29,058 bases of DNA from Vitrella brassicaformis CCMP3155 (Eukaryota > Protista > Chromerida), in contig CDMY01000700.1 in the NCBI GenBank assembly GCA_001179505.1, positions 1 to 29,058 of the forward strand, read 5' to 3'. The notes beneath the pieces are model-generated. The model was not told the DNA's origin. It searched no databases and worked only from the letters and a program-made list of their open reading frames with translations. Shown piece by piece: positions 11,596-19,776 of this stretch (the first letter of the stretch is position 1; every line of letters starts with the position of its first letter). The position numbers and the translations under genes are program-made.

Positions 11596-12778
11596 ATCGT
11601 GGCGGCAGGGGCGAGCAGGGAGGTCGGTGGACCGAGCCAGAATGAGCTTTTTGCTCAACCTGGCTGTAGTCGTGAGGATGGTCGGGTCGGCATGCCGACG
11701 TCGATGCTTTCGCTGTGCCCGGCGGACGTCGGCAAGCCGCATCTCAACGGCAGACCGCGGCTGATCGCTACGTCACGTCCACCATCTGGCGGGTCGAAGA
11801 TGGTCGAGTCGCCTTCCTGCCAACAGTATTCGAGCGTTCCCCTCAGGCCTCCGGCTACCAAGGCGGGCCTGGATGATCGGCGCCCAGAGCTTGCTATGGC
11901 AGAGAGCGGGTGAGTCAGTGGGAGGCGACACGTGTGAAGTGGGTGATGCGGCTGTGTGGCATGCAGTGTCGCTTCGTCTTCTTCTCTTGCCCTCACTCAC
12001 GCCTTGGCTGGAGGGTCGGCGGACGCTGAGATGGGAAAGGAGGCTGGCCAGCTCAATGGCGACTGGAATGAGTACATCGATGCCATGAAGGCCTCGCAGC
12101 GGCCTGATCTGCTGGCTGTGGTGCCCTTCTTTGAACACGTAAGCAGGCCCGTCTGCATGTCGTGCATCTGACCATTGTTGCATGTTGCCTGTTTGTCTGC
12201 AGGGTGAGGGTCAGAGTCTGCCTCCAAGTGAGGTGCTGGCGACTCTACGCGACGACCGCACTGTGTTGTGTGAGGCCATGGGTGTGGCCCACCCCGCCAC
12301 GATTCTCGACCTCCACGCCTTCCTCACGGCGGGCGGAGACATCGACAAGATGGAGAGGGGCATGATGGCTGGGGCCGACCGAGACTTCGCGGCCCTCAGC
12401 CGCATGGACGCCCTGTGGCTGTCTCGCGCTCTCAAGGACCACCACGAGCAGGACGGTGCCCTGAAGGCGGCCATCGAGCAACTGGCAGACATTATCCTGA
12501 GGGCAAGTCGATGCAACGCCACACGTCTGGATGTCATTGTGCGTTTTGTGTGTCAGCTGGAGATCTCTGGGTCGAGTCTGCTGCGTGTGTGCAAGTACCG
12601 CAGCAGCGGGTCGTCCCCCCCGACATCCACGACCTCACATGCCGACCGGCAGCTGAGTGTGGAGGAGGAGGTGGTGCGTGAGATGGGCCTGGAGCTGCCG
12701 CTGAGGGTCTACATCAAAGTCAGACACGTACTCAAGAAGGCACTCGGAGACATAGGGGCACTGACCATGGCCGACTGA
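7066..12778 (+). CDS. ApiAP2-like nuclear protein: Pro-rich N-terminus, coiled coil, three AP2-like domains, AT-hook-like/RG and acidic region, polyQ, C-terminal SAM-like domain
   Basis: AP2-1: QPLGVCPWRPTKRDPWAKVRVCF...KDFHTSQWPMKEAYREAIKIRN. AP2-2: IMVGFRQQ...VCADFPSLREAVECAVERRN. AP2-3: YLGIYMSNKKAAFFASV...RRVAKLG|LRGAFAMAASDRD. NLS-like PKRRKRR and RKRRRKVKR; VGRPPK. The C-terminus LWLSRAL...ADIILR|LEISGSSLLR|LSVEEEVVREMGLELPLRVYIKVRHVL resembles SAM. Exons at 8181-9003 join by phase-0 introns in frame with the 9040 ORF. Confidence 0.75.
11566..11595 (+). repeat. Coding CAG/CAA repeat (10 Gln)
   Basis: cagcagcagcagcagcagcaacagcagcag within the ApiAP2-like exon. Confidence 0.9.
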
Positions 12779-13150
12779 CTGACATGAACCAGCTTGCCCA
12801 TCAGGTCGTCGCCTTTTTTCATTGTGTGGTGGGGAGGTGGGGAGATGGATCGGTGGATAGATCGGTGGATGAGTGTTTCTGGCATGCTTTATGATGCAAG
12901 TGGGTCAATGATGACCGCGCTGCATGTGTTGGCGAACATTGACGTGCAGATGAACACACTGGAACTCCCGCCTGCATGTGGCACGAGTCTATTCAACAGT
13001 CAGAAACACTAACATGCTTGCAGCACACGCACAGCAAGTCAACGGCTGTGTTTCCACTACACTCACGCGCAAACACAGCTACCTGAGACAAAACCACACG
13101 ATCCGGCGTCCCATCTGGCTGTCTTGTCGCTGGCTTACCACTCCGGCCGT

Positions 13151-15128
13151 TTATTGGCGTCTCTCGATGGTGATGCTGCCGCTCTCGATGGCCATGGTGT
13201 ATGGTGTGCTGAGCAGGTTGAACACGGCCAGCTGCGAGTGGAAGAGCCTTTGGACAGGCGACCTGACAGGCAGCAATGCCAAATGCGATGGACGTTCTCT
13301 CTCCCTCTCTCTCTTCCTCTTGCTGCGTACCAAGGACAGCGATGTGCACCTCGTCGACTGGCGGCAAGTCGTGCTTTGCCCACTTGACCAGGGGATCCCT
13401 GCCGGGGAATCCCCGCGGCCAAGGATGGGAGTTGTCAGACAACAGAATGCCCCGCACCGGGATGTTGATCTCCACAGAAAATCGCCTTCCCTCCTGTCCG
13501 CCCATCTGGCCCGTGAGCGCCTCCAGGAAGGTCACGGCTTTGCTTGGCGCTTCTCTGTCGTAGGGGTACACGGACGTCCCGAAACACAGGCGGCGGCACT
13601 TGGGCATCGAATTGGCGACTGTCTTGACGAGGCCGTCGAGCTGGGTCTCCCGGACGAAGTAATTGCTGCAGCGGAAAGTGTCGGCGCGCGGGAAGAAGAT
13701 CATGTTTGCGGCAGCATCGGGATCCGTCAAGCTGCCGGGCCCTGTGTGGTCGAAGCACACGCCGTCAGCGAGCGAGGCAGACTTACGAACGATCTTCTGC
13801 ACCTGATTGCATAGACACCGACAGTCAGACAAACAGCCAAGGGAAGAATTCACGAGATTGTTGGTCTGCATCCATTGTACGCCACCCAACCCACCTGACG
13901 TGACTCATTCTTCATCCACCCGATGAGCTCCAGGTCCATCTCGCGTCGACCTCTCCTGCCTGCTGCCGAGTCGACCTCGACCAGCTGCGGCTTCTGGAGG
14001 GCATCTGGGTGCATGACCTGCTCCGACAGCAGTGCCACCTCCCGCAACGCCGCCTTCTGCATCGCGCCACCGATGTTCCACGCGATGGACAGCTCCCGAA
14101 GCGTCCTACGGCACCCACGGTCGAGCAGAGCTTGGCGTAAGCTGGCCAGGTGGTCCTCCAAGGCAGCGACACTGCTCCCGATACGTGACTGCAGCTTGAG
14201 GGGGCCGATCGACCTCAACCGGGCGAGGGAGTGGCCGGTGGGAAGCATGCCGAGCACCTCAGTCTTCTCGTGGATGCAGCCGTCACTATCGAGGACCTCC
14301 AGGTGCTCACATCCGCTCGCCCACTCGGCAATATGCTCCTCGGCCTCACAGCCGTGATCCGTGAAGGTCATGACGCGAAGCGATGGCGTGCGCCACTGTC
14401 GGCGGCTGAGGAGGAAGCTCACTATCGTGCAGGGCAGGCGCCGCATCTCCTCGAGGTTGGACAGGTCGACGGGCGAGGGGGGAGGATCGCCAGGCTGGAC
14501 TGACGGGATGTCGAAAAAACGACATGGCCTTCCATCGGTGTCTCCCTCGAAGCTGAGGACCTTGATGGACGAAGCGGGAGACGACCCCTCCTGAAGCTCG
14601 CTCCGTGCTCTCCTGGCCTGCGCGTTCCCCTCAATGACGGAGACCCAAATCCAGTCACACCAGGTGGCGTGGAAGCTGCCGTTCTGGTCTTTGGGGCAGA
14701 TGACGTAGATGTGTGTGAGGTTGATCATGCGCTGTCCCCATCTGTGCGCCACCTGCGGCGGCATCTTCTCCCAGATGTGCCGCACGCCGCCCTTGTTCGA
14801 TCCGTCAATGATGAGGTGGGTGCAGTTGGCGGCCGCCCAGCTGAAGACGGTGTGGCCGAGGGCTGGTGCTATGCGCGTCAGCTGCCATGGCTGATGGTAG
14901 CCGAACAGGGTCGCCAGCTCATCGGGGGAGAGGCGAAGGGACGCCTGATTGATGCAAAAGCAGAGGAATGGGACCAGAAGGATGCAAAGAGGATGGCGAA
15001 TGGATTCTCTGTCTGTCTGATCTCACCGGTTCGTTGCTGGTCGGCTGCTTCCCCGACACATGGATCAGTCGGAATGCAGGCGCCGACGTGACAGCCTCTG
15101 CATCAGCCACAGTGCCGTGAAACATCAT
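13151..15128 (-). CDS. Lineage-expanded family protein of unknown function (N-terminal F-box-like segment, degenerate LRR-like body), about 4 exons
   Basis: Spliced ...TSNEP|ASLRLSPDELATLFGYHQPWQLTRIAPALG...CTHLIID...HRWGQRMINLTHIYV...LSNLEEMRRL...LRSIGPLKL...|VQKIVRKSASLA...|SPVQRLFHSQLAVFNLL...ERRQ*, with long open exons 13850-14960 and 13345-13805. The family resemblance to proteins amplified in Vitrella is from recollection and has not been searched. Confidence 0.65.
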
Positions 15129-15585
15129 CAGCACCACCCACAAACAACAGGACAAATGGCAACTCTCTCTTCGTTGTGGTTGGTTTTTATCACCTCTGCA
15201 GCACTCGGTTGATCTGGCCGTGTTTCAGCTGCGGCAGCTGCAGCCTCATTGGCGAGTGCATGTACGGCCGCATCGACCGCAGATTCGGCAAGGGAGAGAT
15301 GACTGGCCGCCGAAAAGAGCCACGCACTACCACTACTCCGGTTCTCCGACCGTGCCTGACGAGGATCAAGTCAAAGGGTCCACTGATGAGATGTATGCCT
15401 TGCTTGTTCTCACCTTGACGTCCTCATGCAGCCGCTGGAGGCCTTGAAGTAAGACACTGGCGTCGGCAGACATCTGACGAACAGCGAAGACTGTCAGCTT
15501 TTTTCTTTTTGTATCTTCTGAGCCCCACCTTGCCGATGTTGAGGGAAGAACGACAGTATATTCACCCGTTAAACACGACCGCCGA

Positions 15586-15597
15586 TCAGAAACACAA
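15586..15597 (+). repeat. Left copy of putative 12-bp target-site duplication
   Basis: tcagaaacacaa, immediately before the codon where retroelement homology begins (cac tgg tgt cgt atg). Confidence 0.6.
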
Positions 15598-16979
15598 CAC
15601 TGGTGTCGTATGTTGCCCCCCTCGGCGGAGCTCCTTGCGGCTGCCCGGCGAGAGGATGACGCGCTGGTGGACGCTTTTGCCCAGGTCCTCACTGTGGGTT
15701 CTGTCGACGAGGCGACCAAAAGGCAGCTGCAGCTGTGTTTGAGGGGAGGGGGCTTTGGGGCGGGGTCACTCGAGCGGAGAGCACCGGCAGCTTTTCTGGG
15801 GTCGGTGGCGATGACTGTTGGGGATGTAATGGAGCGATTTAGCGACCGGCCGTGGATGCCGCAAGGGACAGAAGCTTCCTGACCGTGCAGTGGCTCGCCC
15901 AGGCAGCATCTACTCTCTCTTCGCTTCGCGCATCCCTCCCATCCATCACCATCCCCTCTCTCTCCGACATGATGACCCGCCCTTACCCTCATCTGCAGCA
16001 CCGACTGACGGCCGCGCTGGTTGCGCAGGATGGGGAGGCGTTGCGTGCTCTCTTCCCGGCCGACAGCCGGGCGCGGGGACGCCTACTTAGCTGCCAGGGC
16101 CCTATGTCATGCGGATGGCTGACGGCGGTGCCGGCATATTCCCGCTACGACCACCGCACGTGCCTCAACAACTTTCAGTTCCGCACGCAAGCGGCCGTAT
16201 GCCTCGGTTTGCCGCTTCCACTTGCCCGACTCGGCCGGGTGTGTGCATGTGGGGCAGCGGTCGACGAGTTTGGTGACCACTTTTTCCTCTGCCCCCTTGG
16301 CGCCAGCCAGCGCATTCTGAAGCATAATCTCCTCCGCGACACCTTCGTCGATCTCTTGGCAGAGGTCGGCATTCCTGCGCAGACTGAGGTGCCCCTGCGC
16401 GCGCTCGGCATGACGCCGCCAAACGCGGACCCCAACAACCAGCGGATGGACATCTTCTTTGTGGCTGATGGCGTCGGCTATTTGTGTGATGTCACGGTGA
16501 CCCACCCCCTCCGCCCTGACGACTCAGCCGTCGTCTCCCATCAGCGGATCCGCCGGGAGAATGCCCAGTTGCCTGGGGGGACCGCTGCCCGACATGCGGA
16601 GCGGCGGAAGGAGCTGCTGTATGGATCGACGGTGCGCGCGGTGCCCGGCTACGTGTTTGTCCCTCTCGCTGCCGAGACGTGCGGCCGATGGGGACAGCAG
16701 ACCATCGACTTGCTGCACAAACTGGCTCGCCGCCGTGCCCCCTTACCGGCCTGCTGTGAGGAGGATCGGGCGTCGTTTTATGCGGGTTTCATGAGCCGCT
16801 GGGCGCAGCGTCTCTCGGTGGCCCTCGCCCAATGGAATGCCTGTCAGCTTTCCTATCGGGCTCACTGTGCAGCAGAGGCGCAAGCCCAGCAGCGGGCGAG
16901 TGCATTTCCGGAGGACCTCATCTCCCGTGGCCCCTATCGCCCGCACTTCCGTCTGTTTTTTGCTCAAGACCGGCCGTGA
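15598..16979 (+). pseudogene. Disrupted RT-thumb/Zn-knuckle/RLE ORF of the retroelement
   Basis: Frame 1 (15610-15882) and frame 2 (15852-16979) join if one base is restored near 15876 (gaagcttcctg to gaagctttcctg = TEAFLTVQWL). The RT catalytic core is absent. Confidence 0.8.
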
Positions 16980-17235
16980 TAGTCAGGGCCGGTGGGGTGG
17001 GGTGTGTGTGGGTAGGTTACATCGGTGTCAGTGCGTAGGGTGACGGGTTCGTCTGGGTATTCTGTATCGTACGGCTATGGGCTTTGCGGTTATCGCCGTT
17101 CGCTTGTCGGTGCTGGTTGTGTGTGCCACCGAGTGGGATGTCCATGTGGGTGTTTTGGTCAGTGCGCAGATGCGGTCGTCATGTTGGACCCATAGATCAG
17201 ATGTCTGGTCGTCCCCCTTTCATTTCAACGCCTCC
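15598..17235 (+). mobile_element. 5'-truncated CRE-clade (restriction-like endonuclease) non-LTR retrotransposon, frameshifted
   Basis: Post-RT motifs HWCRMLPP and QLQLCLRGGGFGAGS...APAAFLGS. CCHC knuckle CACGAAVDEFGDHFFLC, then KHNLLRD, TEV, RMD..DVT, ERRKELLY, FVPLAAETCGRW and RWAQRLSVAL. The ORF is intronless, unlike host genes. Flanked by an exact 12-bp direct repeat, tcagaaacacaa. Confidence 0.85.
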
Positions 17236-17247
17236 TCAGAAACACAA
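17236..17247 (+). repeat. Right copy of putative 12-bp target-site duplication
   Basis: tcagaaacacaa, 256 bp after the element stop codon and a GT-rich 3' UTR. Confidence 0.6.
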
Positions 17248-17307
17248 AGGGCATTCATGGAAACGATTAGCAGCCCTGCAAAAACGGGACCAGGGCGGAA
17301 GTCGGCA

Positions 17308-17370
17308 CATCACATTTTTGCAGTGAAGTGATGATTTCATTGCTTCACATTTTTGCAGTGAAGCAATGAA
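17308..17370. repeat. Tandem 19-bp direct repeat with a perfect 13-bp inverted repeat (double hairpin)
   Basis: tcacatttttgcagtgaag at 17310-17328 and 17345-17363. ttcattgcttcac (17336-17348) pairs with gtgaagcaatgaa (17358-17370) around a 9-nt loop. catcac/gtgatg closes the first unit. Confidence 0.9.
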
Positions 17371-17777
17371 TGTGGATGAGTCTTATCACATGTATGAGTG
17401 GCAGGTCAGGTCTCTTCCACGACAACAGCCCACTAGCGTGATACGTTGACGAGCTGTCGGTACCACACGCACACACAAGCCCGCCATGGGGCCATCAGAG
17501 AAACCTCCCAATACATAATGAAGCTCACATCATACAAATCACATCAGAACTCAACAGACAAGTGGTGTGCAAACCGTCTTTCAGCTTTTGCGGAAACAAG
17601 ACACGGAAAAAACTCATTCAACATGCGAAAGAAAGGTGGATATTTCTCTGCTGATCTGTCAAGCAGGCAGCTGACGAATATATGAAAAGAAAATCACGCA
17701 GTAGTCAAAGCGTTCTCCCGGCTGGTCCTGAATCCCCTCTTCCTGGTCTCCCTGCATGGGGCTTTCAATCGTCCCCC

Positions 17778-19108
17778 TCATGTGCTATCAAACCGTCGGA
17801 TTGTGAAGCACCGCGGTCTCCAGTTGTCTCCTCTTTCGGGGAACCAAGTCCACCACGGCTGTTTCTCCGTCGCTGGCGGCTTTCCGTCGGCTGTGTACCA
17901 CTGATAGTGATTCTTCCACTGCCCGCTGAACTGGTGAATGAGAAAGGCATCGGGATGGCTGCAGCGACGCGTCGCATGCGAATGCGGTTGGCCCGCTGCG
18001 AATCGATTGACACTCAGTAGCCGCACATCGCCCACGACGCGGTCCTGTGGACGGGCTGTTGAATGAGCCTCGATGACCGTCTCCTTCCCCATGCCGAAAA
18101 GATACATGTACTCGAGGATGGCGTCCGTCCATGTTATCGGCCCAGTGAGGAAGACGGCGCTGGTGTCTGAGGCGCCGGCAGCCTTAATTTCCTCCACTTT
18201 GTGCTTGATCCGCATCAGAGTCGTAAGGGGAATAGCGTGTCGCGGTGCAAACGCGTAACTCCACTGCATTTGCCAAAGGACAGCAGAGGGAGGGCATGAG
18301 AATGGGGAGTGTAATGGTACCTGTGCGAACTCCAGCTTCCCGCCGTCAGCCTTTTCGACACCAATCAAGCCTGCACAAACTCGCCGACTAACTCACATGC
18401 CGTCTGCACAGTCAAGTCACTCTCACCTCTTGTGTTGCTGTCGCTCAGCAGCTCATCCAGTGGCCGCCGACAGTGGATATCTGAGTCCATGAAGAGCCCG
18501 CCACGGTCATACACTATCAAGTACGACCAAAAGTCCTGCTCAGACAGAGCAGCGAGAGGCCGTACAGGCTCATGGTGGTGCTGGTCTGCTGACGACGAAC
18601 CTTCTTTTCGATGACGTTCTTGAAGAAGCCCCACACGTCAAGCAGTTCAGGAAACCCTTCTGTGACGTACTCGTCCATCCCGCTGTCGTCGTAGACATTG
18701 AAGTTCCAGCCAGGATTCACCCTCTTGCACCTGGCGAGATTCTCCCGCTGCCACTTCTTCATGGTGTTCTTGTCTTTGACGGTCAGGAAGACCTGAAACA
18801 GACAAGCGGGCAGATAGACGCGCAGACAGGCAGACGATGATGACAGTAACTGTTGCAGACGCACGCTCTGAGCCATCCTTATTATTAGACACCTGCCGGG
18901 GTATCGTGGTGCCATTGCTGGATGAACTGCTGGCGATTGTCGCATCATCATCATCAAGAACAGCGCCATGGAGATGGCGGAGGAGGGCGGGCGGAGCGAC
19001 AGAGGCCGGCTCTTGCAGGGGACACGCTACTTCAACTCGGTGGGCGAACCAAGTGAAGGCTGCGAAGGAGAAGAGCACGAGGCCGAGAAGCGCGGGAAGC
19101 AGCGACAT
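17778..19108 (-). CDS. GT32 (Och1/DXD sugar-binding) glycosyltransferase, type II membrane protein, about 5 exons
   Basis: N-terminal TM MSLLPALLGLVLFSFAAFTWF; TIPRQ|VFLT; NPGWNFNVYDD; IEKK|DFWSYLIVYDRGGLFMDSD (DXD); IGVE; QWSYAFAPRH; FLTGPITWTDAI; LIHQFSGQWK. Confidence 0.88.
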
Positions 19109-19776
19109 GCAAGAAGAATTCCAACGGCTGCACGGTGTAAATTTGCTCGTCTTCAGGGTCAGTGAGTCAGGCAGTGGCTGGCCTCGGCACAGCCATGAAC
19201 ACCACAGTGACCACACCCAGCTCGTCTGCGTGCAATGCACTCACGAGCACAAGACTACGCATCCCCTCTCACGACATGTAAACATCATCACATACAGCGA
19301 AAAATCGCCTCCAGGCTCAGCCTGTCTTTGTTCTGTCACATTGATGCAGCATTGCATCTGTGAGAAAGTGCTCATACGTCTACGCCCTACCTACCCGTCC
19401 ATCCATCCATCGCGAAACACAGTACGAAACAAGCACTAGTCAGCATGGCTCCCGCTCTCACTGACTGGCTCACGACACCACCCCACACCCAGCTACGTCA
19501 AAACGCGACACGCGTACAATCAATATGAAACGCAACAGAACACAGCACCACACAACACGCGTCACATACATGACACGGATATGGATGTGATAAAGAGCAC
19601 CCATCCCATCTGTACGTGCGTGACCCACAACGCGCCCGGCCCACGCGATGAAGAGCGGTAGACATTCCGCGTCATCAAACACACACACACACATCGCATA
19701 CATGCATCACACCATCAAACACAGCACACTTTCTGTCTTGCTCACCCAGCCGCCCAGCCAACCAAGGAGCCACCCT

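Noticed and set aside
15157-15460. Short + strand ORFs between the family gene and the retroelement (MATLSSLWLVFITSAALG*, HSVDLAVF...)
   Set aside because: Joining them needs introns of only about 21-23 nt, and there are no motifs; cannot be supported as a gene.
15860-15885. Programmed ribosomal frameshift in the retroelement
   Set aside because: No slippery heptamer or obvious stimulatory structure, and CRE elements have a single ORF; a simple indel is more parsimonious.
17310-17363. CRISPR-like repeat
   Set aside because: Only two 19-bp units with a 16-bp spacer, in a eukaryotic context with no cas genes.
17250-17400. snRNA or spliced-leader RNA gene call based on ATTTTTG
   Set aside because: The Sm-like sequence lies in hairpin loops rather than a single-stranded linker, and no U1/U2/U4/U5/U6 or dinoflagellate SL conserved sequence is recognisable; kept only as a low-level hypothesis.
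19200-19776. Possible downstream catalytic exon(s) for the TM-PAS gene
   Set aside because: The region is (TG)/(CA)-rich with no H-box, GGDEF, cyclase or PDE motifs on the minus strand before the GT32 start.
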